A stretch of DNA of 64,000 bases, taken from NCBI RefSeq assembly GCF_009834535.1, contig NC_045696.1, positions 35,342,001-35,406,000 on the forward strand, in the 5' to 3' direction. The stretch's first letter is position 1, and every line of letters begins with the position of its first letter. The notes below the pieces were generated by a model, which worked only from the letters and a program-made list of their open reading frames with translations, ran no database searches and was not told the origin of the DNA. Source of the DNA: Camelus ferus (taxonomy: Eukaryota). Made by a program: the position numbers and the translations under genes. Positions 35,701 to 50,469 of the stretch are shown here, piece after piece.

Positions 35701-37402
35701 GCCTGTATATTAGGAGATACCCTTCTATTCAGGAAAAGCACTAGCTTCTCAGTCTTAATCCTAGTGCCTGTACTAATTTGTCTTGTGACTTGCAAGAAAA
35801 ACTTAGAAAAACTCAGAGTACTGGAGTGACAAATCAGACTTCAAAGTACTTTCAGAAACGTACTTCAAAGAGTACTTTGAATTTGCAGTATTTACCTCGT
35901 AAGTTATGATTATCTGCATGGGCTGGGGACTGACTAAGAACATTTGATGTGGACAGAGGGATAGGAGATTGATGTGATCTGTGATGTGTTTTCTCCACAT
36001 ACTCTACCTCTGTCTTCCTTTCCTGACACTCAGACACTCCTTTCCTTTCCCTGGAAAGATTTTTGCCAAGAACTCCATACCCAGAGACTGTGAGGCAATT
36101 GTCAGTATAACCTGGATGTGATTTTTTAGTTTTGTATAATAAAAACAAAGCGTGAATTGACTTTTGAAGTTGTCATAGAGGTCAGTAATGGGGAGAAATA
36201 GAACTTGGCCTAAAAAGTAGACTTTAATTTCTGTGGAAACTTTCCCCTTCTTAAAAGATAATTTATAAATTACTTAAGATGAGAAAATAAGTTATAAAGA
36301 TTTATCTCTTCTTTCATAAAAACACTTGTACTCTATTTAAGTGGAGACATTGAGAAAAGGTAGCTAAAACAGGGTTTTGAAAGGTAGCAAATTAAGTTGG
36401 GGCAATTATATTTTTCATGTGGGTATTTCAGCACATATGTTTTGCATTAATTGCTGCCATAAATTCTGTTAACCTGGCAAAGAGCAAAAATAGCATATTG
36501 ATGACATCAGGCTTTCAAATCAGAAAGCTGCTTTTAGTATCTTGCTTTCTTCACTGGAACATGAAAAAAAAGAAATTTTCAAACATATTATCCTTTAGGT
36601 TCACAGCAAGTTAGCCAACCACTCAAGCTATTGGCACACTTTCCATGAGCAAAAGTGGAGGCTTAGCAATAAACTTTTCTTGCTCCTGAAGGATTAGAGT
36701 CAACAACTATTTTCCCTACTATTTATTTATTTTTTTAATTCACATACGACTTTGCAGAACTCTCTCAAATCAAGAAACTGTAAACTTGACTTTAAAGTCT
36801 CCAAACTGAGTTGCCTTTTTCTATAAGACCAAAATTCTTGACACATTACATGGTGGGGACTGGAATAAAGGGAGAAGCCGAGGTTAATTTTATTGCTGGT
36901 AAGTCTTTTTGATATTGCTTACCGTGGTTTCACCTTGGATTTTCTATATAGTCATTCAGTGGATGTTAATTTATCATCTTTCAAATAATAGTTAAGAAAG
37001 ATAGATTAATAAACTCAGCAGAGGTCCAGTAAAAAAATAACACCCACCCCCCACCTCCTCCCTTGATAAAATATGAGGCTTTAAAATTTACTTTTTGCCA
37101 GTGATAAAGTTGGTTGGTTTCCAGTCAATATGAAGTTTACACATTCTCTATCAACCTCAGGGATGAGTAAGGGAAACAGAGAACAGCTCTTTAGTTAACA
37201 TGTACTTTATTGTCTAATTTTTCAAACCTAATTTAGAAATTAATAAGAAGTCTATAGATCTTAGAAGGATACATATTTTAATCGCCTATGATAACAATCT
37301 TCACACTGAGAAAAACTTAGGCTGGGAAGCTGATTTGCCATAGCTTCCATGTAGATTGTTTGGGTCAGCAGAACATGATGAGGAAAAGTCTGTTTGCAAT
37401 GC

Positions 37403-37422
37403 TGTGTGTGTGTGTGTGTGTG
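37403..37422. repeat. (TG)10 microsatellite
   Basis: Directly visible. Confidence 0.97.
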
Positions 37423-40400
37423 ACCCATAGTATTGTCCCCTTACAAAACTGACATTCCCACACGGTGGCCAAAATTTTATAGATGAATATTTACCTTTTG
37501 AAATGAAGATGGAGTAAAAGTCTGCTTTTCTGAATTACAAATTAGTGATAAAAAAAAAACCCAGTAATTTGTTAAAGTTATTTGTCACTGCCTCATCTTG
37601 TTAATTTTCCCCACTGGACCCCCTGATCACTGATAATATTCAAAGATGGTATCAAGTTAGAGTTATATCCAAATTGTGATTTTTTTCCTTCAATATGCCA
37701 AAACTATTTTGCATTTTAACAGAATAAAAAGAACTGGCATCATCACAGAAACTATACATAGAAATTAAATTGGGTTGTTACTCTTTTATTAAGTAAATAA
37801 GCACCATCAAATACAGCCATTGCCAAATCTTGAAAAACTTTCAGAGGCAGACTACAAGAGGACTGCATTTTTCTCTTGGTTTGCTTCTACTATCTAGTTT
37901 ACCACAGATCAGTTAATACTCATTTACATTAAATAACTCAAAAAAGCTAAACTCAGAGATTTTATTATGATCTTGACATTTCTGATCTGAAATTGTAATG
38001 CTTTGATAATCCTTTTTTTGAAAAAAGATTTCCAGGCGTAATTATATGTATATCATCTGAATAAACAAGTTAGGTGCATCTATGTTTACAGTGATAGTCT
38101 CTGTTTATTTTGATGTACAACTATTTTCCTTTACTTAAACATTTGTACATTGAATAAGGACAGTTTTTCTTACTTTTGTTTATAAGTAGTGTCCAAGATA
38201 ATTACAAATGTTTTAATATCTTTTAAAAAAACTATATAGATTTAGAGAAGAATAAGCCTAAAGCTATATAAAATTAATATCCCTTTAAATTTTCCTTTCC
38301 AAGGTCACCCTTCGGAACTCAGAATATTTTATTTTACATTTTGCCATGTTTGTGGTAGGTTTACTACCCTAACCCTAATGAAAGTTTTAGAGCCCTACAT
38401 TTAATTTCAAAAGCATGAATTAAAAACCCATTAAAAAGAATTAAGAAAAAATTAACTCATTTTTCACATTAAAGTAATTTTCTTTTTGCATTTGTTTATT
38501 TACCAAACAGTGCACACCTGAGGATTAGTTACTGGATTTTGGAAAAGAAAGTTATGGGAAATGATATGTTGAATGCCCTTGAAGATAACAACTTATGACA
38601 GATGACTTCACAATGAATACTTATGTGAAAAAACTATTTTAACATTGATGAAAATTACCAAAAACTACAACATGGATTTTTGGGGGAAGATTAGCTTCCT
38701 AAAGCAGAGTCTCTACAATATAGGGAAGATTTTTTTAAAAGGTAAAGTTCGTAATGACAATAAATTAATAAAAACAAGGGGAAGAGATTAAATGATTTGC
38801 CTAATTTCATGTGGTAAGGATGATTATAACCAGGATTTTTTTAACTACATATGTTGAGAAAACTTTAAAAAAGTTTGAATGAATGCATTATATCCAAGGG
38901 ACTACATTTTTATTTAGAAAAGAAATACTACATTAGAATTGTTCTGTAGTCCACCTGCTTATTCTTTTCCATTTTCATAGCTATTGGGTCAATCTCCCAC
39001 TAAACAGATAACTTACATTTAGTAGTCAAAGGTCGATGATCAAGAGTTTTTGATATGATAAAAAATATTTATGGTGTGAAGGCAAAATGTATATGCTAAA
39101 GTTTGGGCACTTATTTGCCTTGAGGATTATTTATATTATTTCAAACTGAATGATATATTTTCATTTTTCACTTTTCAATCTGTCAGAAAAAGTCTTTTCA
39201 AATTAGAAAGAAACAAGGTCTTCTGTTATTTCTAGAACACTTCAAAAAGCAAAAATGTGTCCAAAAAGTACAATGTTTACTTAATCATTAATGTTCTACC
39301 TTTAGTAACTTAACATTTTGGGAAACACATTTCACTTGTCTGAATGATTCACGGTAGAGGTTGACAATGCATAGAAACAAAGAGACCTGCTATTCTAGGG
39401 ACTGTTATCAAAGCCGAGGTTGTTAATGTAATAAAACTTTACTGACAGTAGGACATTCCCACTCATTTATGTGAAAGAGTTATCTTGTTATAAGAACACA
39501 TTCCCTGTAGATATTTTAATAGCTATTTTCTCTGTAATAGATTAAGAGCAGAGTGATCTTTAGAGTTCTCTGATTAAAAAGAAAAAAAAGAAAAATTTAA
39601 CACTTTAGAAACAACACAGGATTAACATTTACTAAAGTGTCCAGGTTTCAAGTGGAATTTTGGTCTATGTTTCTGTTATTCCCTTGAACTACCCTAGTCA
39701 GGAGTACACAGACGTCTTACTGTGTGACTGTGTGTTTTGATTCCAAGGAATTCTTCTTGCTGTTGGCAGAGACTGAGATGAGGCAGCTAATTATAGTTTC
39801 TTCTTTAATTAGGACCTGTGTAGAAGTTATTCCAAAATTATTGCCCAGGAGGAAAAGCTAATAAGAAAGAATAAGTTGACAATATCTCACCTTGTCCAGA
39901 AATCTGCTTACATCCCATAAATAAGCCATTAAGATACCATGGGACAAGAGGTTTTTCCCAGAAATGTCTAGCACTACAGAACTTTTAAAAAATTTTTACA
40001 TAATTATTTTTGTTGGTTATTTGATAGAGAAATTATCACAAATTAATATTTCTATGACAGAAAATGCCTATAAAATTTAAGTTTATAGGAAGTTTTATTT
40101 GCACACAATTAAGAAATTATAGTTGACTTCATTCATGGTCTAAAAACATTTTTATAATTTTTTGTCTATGAAATACAATACTAACTAGATCTATTACAGA
40201 AATGTTTTATATATGTTTAGGTAGAAATAAATATAAATAGGAAGGCCAGAAGAGCTGTTAAACTAAGACTATGTAATCACAATAGATGAAAGTTATGTTG
40301 GAATAGATAAGTACATTAATAAAGCTTTGACTTCTCTAAATTTTTTCTCAGTGCCATACACAAGTATGTACAGTAAAAATGAAAAGCTGAGCTTTGGTGG

Positions 40401-43400
40401 ACCTCTATCAGAAAATTCATCTTTATTTCTTGATTCCATGTTATGGTTGACCAGAGTACTACACAGAAAATTAGGACACTGAGAACAAAACTGATTACTT
40501 CCTGTATCATTTTCTTCTATTTGTGACATTTAAGTATAACCTAGGAGCAGATTAAAGTACTCTTCTGCTGTCTGTAACCTAGAGCAAAGCTACTCTTTTC
40601 ATCATAACAGAAAGTGATGAAAATGATGAAGATAAGTAGTGTACAAGAAATGTGGTTGAAACAATTACAGTGATGCTATGAACAGGAAAGGAAATGCCAT
40701 TATTTTTTAGTAAAAACAAGACATAATCAAAGGATGGGTTTGTTTTCTGCTGTAGTGGTTTCATAGTTATTTGCAATTAGCAATAAAAGCACCTTATAAC
40801 TGAAGGTTTTACAGGAAAACATGTCAGTTATTACAAGTTTGGAATTTTTTAGCTGTTAAACCCTACTGTTCACCTTAAAATGATTATTTGATCATTTTTT
40901 ATAACTCTGTGATTTCATAAAATGCAACTATAGTATTACCACGAAGTATAGATATGTTATTAAATGATTAAAACGATCTTCCAGTTCAGCAAAAAACTGT
41001 GGCATTTAATTTAAAAGATTGTTTCAGTACTGTCTGTATATTTGCAGCACTTAATCTATAAGATGTGAATATTTGTTTAACTCTCTTGGTCTTTCCAAGT
41101 GAGCAGATAGCCACCATGAATCAGAATTTTGAAATGCTCTTGAAAAAAATCTTGATGTGTTAATGATTCTTTAAAACTCCAGAAATCCATACCTAAGGTT
41201 TTTAATCTGTCCTTTCTAACTGGGAATATTTGTTTCCAAATCTTATTTTAATGACTGAGTCCTTTAAAAACTTTTAACTCATTCTTATTAGTAAGAAGGG
41301 AAGGCGGTGTAAATTCTTGGCACAGACAATTCTTCATGACATCATCAGTGCCCATGAGCAAAGCAGTAGACATTTGATTGTGTCTCTCCGTTTAGATAAA
41401 GAATAGTCAGGAAAGGGAGAGCAAGATTCCTGAGCATCTTAAATCCACAATCCAGCCAAGAGGGAAAAGTGACAGTGCAGATCAGTGGCAGGAATGACAG
41501 AAAGGCTTCCTTCTTTCCAGAAGCACTGACAGCAGATTGGAGCCAGGTTACCCTATGCTTGGTTCTTATGCCTTAACTTCATCCCACACCTTCTAATTCC
41601 CATCAGTCACCACACATCCTTTTGACCAGCAAATCGTGATTTAGTGCCTCCCTGAAAGCCAGCTCAGGGAGACTGAGAAAGGATTCCCTTCCTGTTTTCA
41701 TGAATGTATCCCCCTTCACCTATTTATGCATTTTATTTTCTATTCAAAAGCAGTGAGACTAGACAGAGTAAAGCATGTGAAAGACATCCAGAATTGTATC
41801 CATAATAGACGTGCAACAGTGATTTTTTTTTGCCAAGAAAGCTCCTATTTATATCTTAACTTAAATGGAGTTCTAACACTTAAAAATGTGTCCAATTTTA
41901 AATCACTGTAAGTTCATATATGCTACATTGCTCTTTGAATAGAAAACATCCTGAAATTAATGAAATGACATATTTTTCACTACAAACCAAAAATATTTGG
42001 AAATCTCACCATTAGAACATGAAATCTGGTAAGAGACAGTTTGTATCTTTGGCCGTCCTAGCATGAGGCAGGCATTAAAGAATTAAACCACCTATATTGT
42101 CCCACCTTACCCTTAAGAATAATTTCCTAACTCTTTTTTTTTTGTTAAAATTCATAAAATTTGTCAACTCAAAATTGTCAGCAATTAAAACAAACTTTCC
42201 GTGTTGCCAATTGTCATTGAAACTCAGACTGCAATATAGTATCTGTACATCACAATTCTATATGCTCTGGCATTTGAATAGTGGCACCACCTGAAACGGC
42301 TATGATCGGGTCTGTGTCATTTTGGGACAGGAAAGCATTAGTAACTAAGGTGCTTGCCTGTATCAGTGTGGGGTTTAAGACATTGTATTGCAAGGTTAGA
42401 TTTAGTCGATGGATCCAGAGAAACCACTCAGAGCAGGCTGACTTTCAAATTCCATTAACTTTCTCTTCTTATCTCAATTACGCTACACTCAGATTGCTGT
42501 ACAACAGATCACAGGAGACTTGAGGTTTGTATGCTGGGAAGTTCCAGTCTAGCAGTCATTGACTTTAAAGTGGCTAGAATTCTTAGCTTGTATTGTTCTT
42601 ATTTGGCTGTAAACAAAAGGCACCTTGTAAACACAAAATAAGTGCTTTAAAAAAGAGTTTTATGTCCATGGTTCTTCTCTATTAGGTCATATACTGATGG
42701 TTGATTTTAAATACATTTCAGAAGCCAAAATGAAACTGTTGTTAGTTTATATTTCAAGTTTACAAGAACACTGAATCTGTAGAACATGCTATAAACTCAT
42801 GGTGGCTTTCAGGACGTTTATATGATGTGATCATCGCAGCAACACTGTGGGATAACCAGGGCAGACATAATTATGTTTGATAGACAGCAGAATCAGAATC
42901 ATGAGTAATGCTGCTAATTGTGTTTTCCTCATTCATGCTAAATGGAGTGCACTAAAAATTCAATTTCTGAGTAAATGCAATAAATTTAATTAATCTATTA
43001 CACTTATTTTAATTGACAGTGCGATGCAATTCTTTTTGGTTCAGCGTTTTTCCTTTGAGCAGAAAACAAATGCTGATGTGACTAATCCAGGCCTTTCCCC
43101 TCATCATGATCATCAGAGCAAACTTAAGACATAGTTCTTCAGTTAACAACCTACATTCCAATGAGTAATTTACTAAATGGAGACAATAGTCATATCTTCC
43201 TTGCCTCAAACACTTTTTTCCTTTGGTTATTAATATTGAAATTAAATCATCCGTTTGTCTTAGCATGTGGAGTGACATATATTCATCATTTAGTATGTAT
43301 TCAGTTATTACTACACAAAAAACATTGAATCATTTAAACCCCTAAAGGCGTCACCAATATAATCTGATTTATGAATGTGGGCACTCTAAATTCTACTATG

Positions 43401-45170
43401 TAAATCCTGTGTGAACTCAGAGAAACCAACCTATGACTGTGATAGAACCAACAATTGAATTGGGTATGAATTTATGAGAATGAATGTTGGTAACATAGTT
43501 TAAAGGTGAGGATGCATTCTCATATTTTCCAATAATTTCCAACATTATTTAATCTGACATATTATCTGTAACATTAATTGGTAGAGGCTTTTTTTAAAAA
43601 TCATTTTTCCAGACATAATTTCAATGTAATTAAGCATACTGTTAATTTCCAAACTGATATCCTAGGAAATAATTCCATTATGGAAATTACACTGTGTAAT
43701 TCATGCAGCAACTACCTTCTCCTTTTATCTAAATATGATTACTTCTCATTGGGATTAATTTATTGTAAGAAAAAAATTGTTAATCATTAAGGAATTCCAG
43801 TGGAATAGGTTAAGTTTATGTATTTTTTTTTTCATTTAACCAGCAAAACATAGAGAATCTAACTTTGAGAATTTTATCTTTTTTAACTTAATGGTTAGGA
43901 ACTTTCTTATACTCACCTAGTGTATTTATCATCTCACCAGCTAACCAAATATCTTCTTTTAAAAAGCAGTGCTTGGAAATTTAGACTTCTAATACCTATC
44001 AAACATAATTTTTTTCTTAACATTTTTTAAGATTAATGTTTCCTTTGTAAGAAACTAATTGGGATGATTAAAGAAAAGGTAGTGCTTTTCATGCATCAGG
44101 AAACACTTTATTGACAACACGTGGACATGTTATGCTTTGCATGTATTAGCATTATGTTTTGATTTGTGAATATATGGAACCCTTCAAAATGACTGTGTCC
44201 TTTTATATTTATTGATTCACCTGTTCTGTTTCATGTTAGCAATCCTTGTGTGTTTTATGTAGACTTCCTCTACATCTTCCATTAATCAGTTGTGGGGTTG
44301 TTTTCTACTTTAGAAGAAGGATGTGGTAAAACCATAGTTTCCATTATTTAACAGATTGACAATCAACATGATCCCTTTGTTATTAATTAAACTTAAAGTA
44401 TTGGTTTATATTTTAATTTCTAATCCATGAGAACTTCGTATTCTCTGTGTTGAAAATAAATCATTTGCCTTTTCTTTTAATAGTATATTCAAAACACATT
44501 CTTGTTATATTTTATTATTCATCAGAGTTTTTAATAACTAGCACAAAATTCTGAATAAAATCATTAAAGATTTTGGGTAACAATACCTTCTCTAAATAAG
44601 TAAAGCCTTACACAGGCCATACTATAATACATAGTTCTGCTTTAATTTCTCCTCAAATTGGTAGCTAAGCATCTTGTTTGTTACACTTAAGTACACAATT
44701 TATATAGTAGTGAAAAAATACATATTACAGAATAGTATGTTTGGTATTGGCCAGAGACAATAAGAAGATGCCATATCAGACATGTACAAACAGAAATATG
44801 ATTCATTGTGGAAGCATATTTAACTCATTTATAGTGAAATGTCTTTTTTATCAATTTAGTGGTCTTTGCAGTTATTTTGATTTCCTCTTCCCATGAATAT
44901 TTCCTATTTTGTAGTTTTATTGTGTCTTCTTTAAACCTGTAATTATTCTGTCAATATATTGAATATATGATATATTTATAAACAAACATAAATAGTTTAA
45001 AAAGCTGCAGAAACTTTCTATCCTTTAACTTTCTCTGTGGTTGCTTTTCTTTGTGACTCTGTTCTTATACTAATCATTCACATATAATGAGAATGAGCAG
45101 TCATGTGTTTTGAATGTGTTGATATGATTATATCAACAGTAGACAGCATTAACTTGACAGAGATAAATAG

Positions 45171-45299
<129 letters not shown>

Positions 45300-46959
45300 T
45301 GACAGGAACACTGTCCACTGCCTCTCTCAGAGAGCAAGAGGATTACTGGGAACAGGAATTCCTGTAATTCTGACAAGTTAAGCTCATCACTGTGTTCAAT
45401 ACATGCTTAATATTTGTGTTCAATGAAACTATTGAGAATTTTGAAGTTTTTTTGTTCCCTTCTGAATGTACCAATTGCTTGAATGAACTAAAGTTTAAGT
45501 GTTACTTGCTTTATGCAGATTATCTAAGTGTGATCATCTAACTTTTTTTGTGATACAGTCAGAATAGGTGAATTGAGAAGATACTCTAAATTTTAAGTAA
45601 TATGGAAAGTACGTATTTGGAGATGGTTACCTCCAGAGTTGTAGCCTTAAAATCGACTGTGGTGTTGGTTGTTAAGTAGTGAGGGATGTATTTGTCAAGA
45701 GTATAAACCTGCATTGCCTTAATTTCTTTGCTTAAAATATCTGCAACTTGTCCGGATCAGTTTAAAACTGGAAGTTTTATTTAGGAAAAATACATCTACC
45801 TTTAAATTCTAAGCTTTTTGTATACCTTTAATACTTTATCAAGCTAGACCCAGATTACTAAGGTATGTGTATGACATTTTGGGATCTGAATGTTTATGGT
45901 AAGCCTTTGTGTAAGAACATTTTCCTTTTCTTTTTTCAGAAAAAAAGTGGGTCATACATTTGGAAACTTCTTGTTCCTACAATATTGTATAAAAATGCCT
46001 AAACATATCTTTTTGTGTTTCCAAGGATAGCCTGTGGAAAATGCAAACTGCTGTTTAGAAATATCTGCGATGGAAATAAATGTGTACATTCCCTTTCCTT
46101 CTATGCCATCCTTTTAGAGGGTTATAATTCGACTTAGTACTGGTGGTCAGTCTTTAGATTTTTGTGCCTAAACATCCTAATTTTTATGGTACTACCAGCT
46201 TATACTTCACTGACGGATGTTTTGCATCAAGGATACTTCATCTATCTGTCATCTCTGTATCTGCTTCTCTTCCTGGTACACCTTGACACTGACACGATGC
46301 CAAAACCTATCACATAATCAGGCCTTGGTTAGTTGCTTAGAAGGGGAGAGTATGAAGTAAGCCAGGATTTGGTTTTCCCATAGGTGTAAAAAGAATCAAA
46401 TGCCTAGGATAAAAGCACATCCTGGGTAGTCATAACAAGCGAGTTGAAACTCAGGGTCGAGCTGGAAAACTCATTTAAAACTCATCATCCAAAACTCATA
46501 TCTAACTTTAAGTTTGATTTTAGAAATCTGAGTTTTTCATTACTTCACCAGATAACATATCATAGAAACTTGCCGCCTAAGGAGATATGAAAAGCGAAAA
46601 CCATACTGACATTTTACCTATTTCTATATTCTCTTTTTAAACAGTAAATAAACCTGCATATAAAAGCAGCAGTCTACCTCATATATTTCTTTTAAAAAGG
46701 TATAAAGAAAATACATTTGTACTTGTTGAAAATGTGGGGAAATGAATTCATTTACCCTGTAAGCTTCATAGATTTTGTGATGAACGAAGTTAACACTTAC
46801 TTCCATAAAAATGTTGGAAGAGGGTGTGTTCTAGAACCCTGCCACACCCTATTCTAGAACCCTTGAATTGTTTTTTGAATCTAGTAGATTGACCAAAAGT
46901 AAATGCGAATCCACAAACATAGCTAGAAAGAATGAATTCTATTTACCTCCGTCAACTTA

Positions 46960-47135
46960 ATGCTATCTGTGCCCCAACCAGCAGTGTGTACGTGCACCAA
47001 CCAGCGATGTCAACACCTAGGAGATTCATAGAAATGCAGACTCTCAGGCCCCACCCCAGACGTTCTGAATCAGAATCTGTATCTTAACACGGTCCCCAGG
47101 TGATTCCTAAGCACATTAAATTTAAGAAACGCTCC
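46960..47135. mobile_element. MER5A-like hAT MITE
   Basis: agaaatgcagactctcaggccccaccccagacgttctgaatcagaatctgtatcttaacacggtccccaggtgattcc...gcacattaaatttaagaaacgct. Confidence 0.85.
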
Positions 47136-48027
47136 TCAGAGTAACTTGCCTCTTAACTTTTCCCATGTCTCTCCCGATTTCCTTCCTCCTTTCTCGTAGA
47201 AATTGCTTATGATTTTTCTCACGAACAGTTTCAGTTTCTCCTTTGGCCTTAGAGAGCTGACCCCAGGCACTCCGGCCTCCTCTTCATTGATTTCCTGGTT
47301 CATCTTCCTGTGGCTGTGACTTCACTATTTCAGATGCATTAAATAGCCTAAAGCAGCTGGCCAAGCTCTCCAAGCTCATCATTAAAGCTAGTAGGGAGAA
47401 CAAACATCTCCCCAAGAAATTATGACATTTATAATACCTTAAGCCTCTGAAGATTAAAAAAAAAACGAAAAATCAGGCGTGGGAATTATTGTCCTGGGGT
47501 GACTTGTACTGTATTTTTCCTTTAAATCTTCCACCTATATTTTGTTAACCATAATGTCCATGAGGAAGTAAGTAGCACTAATTTAGAAAATGCTACATTA
47601 ATATTCATTTTCTGAGAAACTGGTGATATTCTTGAGTGAAATCTCTATAATCAATTTAAGTTTGAGATTTACCATCTTTGCTTGTATAATTGTGTCTTTA
47701 GGTTCAATTAATTATTGTTATTGCCATGTTCAATTTGGCAAGGATAGAGAAATTTTGTGCTTGTTTTGGTTTTAAAGGGAATAGACAGTTAAATCAGTTG
47801 TGATATCTATGGCCAGGCTTTTCCATAAAAAAATGATGTGATAGCTGGAAACAACTTTGAATTAGTCATTGTTTTAATTAAGCAGCCGTAATAAGTAGAG
47901 GTGCATCTGTTTGTAGGTTAACTAAAATATAAATATAAACTTTGGAGGAAAAACTGTAAAAATTATAGTAATGTCACATCCTATTGATTCACTGAAAATC
48001 CCACCACTCTCTTCTCTTCTTCTTCAT

Positions 48028-48365
48028 TTTTTTTTTGGATGAGAACATTTAAATTCTACTCTTTTAACAAATTTCAGTTTTGTGATGCAGTGTTATCAGC
48101 TATAGTCACCATGCTATTCATTAGATCCTCAGGCCTTATTCATCCTACAGCTGAAGGTTTGTACCCTTTTAGCTACTTCTCCCTATTTCCTCCACCTCTA
48201 CCCCCTGGCTACCACTTTTCTATTCTCTGTTTCTATGGGTTTGACTTTTTTTTTTTTTTAAGATGCCATATATACGTAATACCATACAGTATTTGTCTTT
48301 CTCTGTCTGGCTTATTTCACTTAGCATAATGGTCTCAAGGTCCATTTATGTTGTCACAAGCATGG
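48028..48365 (-). mobile_element. L1MA-like 3' end fragment
   Basis: T-run then gagaacatttaaattctactct...tatagtcaccatgct...tattctctgtttctatg...tctgtctggcttatttcacttagcataatg. Confidence 0.88.
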
Positions 48366-48390
48366 AAAATCCTGCTCTTTTGATTTAGGG

Positions 48391-48624
48391 CAATGGTTCT
48401 CAATGTGATGTGGGGGTTAGTGGGAGGCAGTTTTGATTTTGCCCCGTGGGGATATTTGTCTGGAGATGCACTGGTTGTCACAAGTCGGCTGGCAGGGCAC
48501 CACTGGCATCTTAGTGTGGAAGTCCAGGTGTCCTGCTAATGAACATGTTGCAAAGAACAGCGCAGCCTCCTACAACAAACAATTACCTGGTCCAGAATGA
48601 CAGTGCCCAGGCTGAGAAACCCTT
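48391..48624 (+). mobile_element. MER20 hAT-Charlie MITE
   Basis: caatggttctcaa...gattttgcccc...tgtctggaga...ggttgtcacaa...actggcatct...acaacaaacaattacctggtccagaatg...gctgagaaaccct. Confidence 0.85.
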
Positions 48625-49778
48625 ACTTGGGGATGAAGAATGGTGCTCCATCAGGAGCTGTGGTCACTAAAGAGACCTTGGAGACTGTCAGCAACTTCTC
48701 TAAATTCCAGCCGTTATCCTATCAAAAGTTCTAAATTCCAGATCTTTTCAAATAGAAATTTTTAAAAATAGACAAATGATTCATTCCAAATTTGAAATGG
48801 ATCTTTCATGGAATGATTCTATCAGCTGAGCTATATTAAATTAATATATTTGGGGGAAATTGTCAAGAGTGACCCTATTCCTTCATGAATGTTCTTTTTT
48901 ATTTCTATTTACCATTTTCCCCGGAGATATATTCACACATAAAAGTTTACAGTTAACCTATGCAGCTTTCTTGGGAGGAGTATTTCTATCTCTGGGGAAG
49001 TTTAATTCAGCTTTGATTTTCTCTAAATTAATTTCATGAAATGCATTTCATGAAAGCAACATCAAATTTGAAAACTGAAATTAGTGGGGGGGCAGGGGTC
49101 ATGAACAGCAATTCATTTTTCAATAAAAGACTTTCATTTGACTTGGCTATTTTCTGGTACTAAGTGTGTTCACTTTAGTAAAGTAGACAAGCAATTTCCT
49201 TCTCTGGCCCTATAAACTATGAATTGTAATATTTGAATTCTGAGCTTAATTATCTTCAGAAATTCTAGTAAATAATCTGGATAGTTTAAATATCCTTTGA
49301 TTTAGAGAACAATCAATACATATCAAAGTCCATATATATTGTTGGTTACAACCTAGAAAGGGTCCTTGGTTTACACATGACTAGTACTTAAATGCTTGAT
49401 TGATTGACGATGCCAGTCTATCAGGAAGCTTTCTTAGTCTATGCATCATTACTGAGAAGGGGTTAGAGGGAGGTCGGCGCCATAGTTCTCACTTAGGATA
49501 GTCTTGATATGCTGGTTAAGTAGTACCGAGGAATCAAGAACCTTGACTCAGTTAGAGAAACTCAAGGAGAAGGGGATTAAAAGAGGGTTGGGAGACAGAG
49601 GGTAGAGAAAGCATGGTCCGAAATGAAAAGTCTTAAAATCAGCAATTAAGATTGTTTAAAAAATTCCTAACACTCCTCCCTCTTTTCAACACTTTAAACT
49701 ATTTTTTCCCTAAACGTTTCCTTAGCTATTTATTGGTGTCTTAGCAGTGATAATGCACTTAAATAAAAAAAAATTCTT

Positions 49779-50314
49779 CTGGCAAATAGAGGCCCACTGG
49801 TTGCTCACCCACTGTCTGTTCCCTGGTTTCTCCTTGCTGGTGGAACACTGAGATCATTCAGATGTCCACCTCCCATGTTTTCCTGGGAAATGGCTCCTCT
49901 GCCACTTGGTGTGTGTGTGTGGGGGGGGGGGATATTGATTCATCTGAGAGCAAATCATGATCATTACAGTCATTTAGCCAGCGATTGGTTTAGTCAAGAG
50001 GAAGTAAAGCTAATGAGACTGGAGCAGAATTCCAGTGACTCCTGGGAAGGATTTCCTTCTGATAAAAATAGATAGGGAGAGGCCCGCTGCTCTGTGCCAC
50101 TGGATTTACCCAGGGGTGGCCCAGTGTCTGAGTCTGGAGCACCTGCTCTCCCTTCATGGCCAGAAAGGCAGAGTCCAGTGAGCATTAGAGTGACCAGCCT
50201 GGAACTCTGACATCTTAGAACCACTGAGTTACATGAAACAATACATGGTCCTTGTTTAAGCCATTCTTTTTGAATTTCTCATACTTTCCGGTTAAAGGCA
50301 TCCTGATAGAATAC
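49779..50314. mobile_element. MLT1 (MaLR) solo LTR, MLT1J/K-like
   Basis: actggttgctcaccca...gccagcgattggttta...ctgggaaggatttcct...ttgtttaagcca...aggcatcctgatagaataca. Confidence 0.7.
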
Positions 50315-50469
50315 AATGCTTTATCTCCTGGTCAAATATCCTAATTTCCAAATCGAGGCTATGGCAGTCCATAATTCCTTCCTCCAGTGTTATTTGTATT
50401 TTCCCAGGTTATGTTTTTTGTGCTTTAGTGTGCTGTCATAGATAACAGGTAGAACAGTAATATAGAAAA

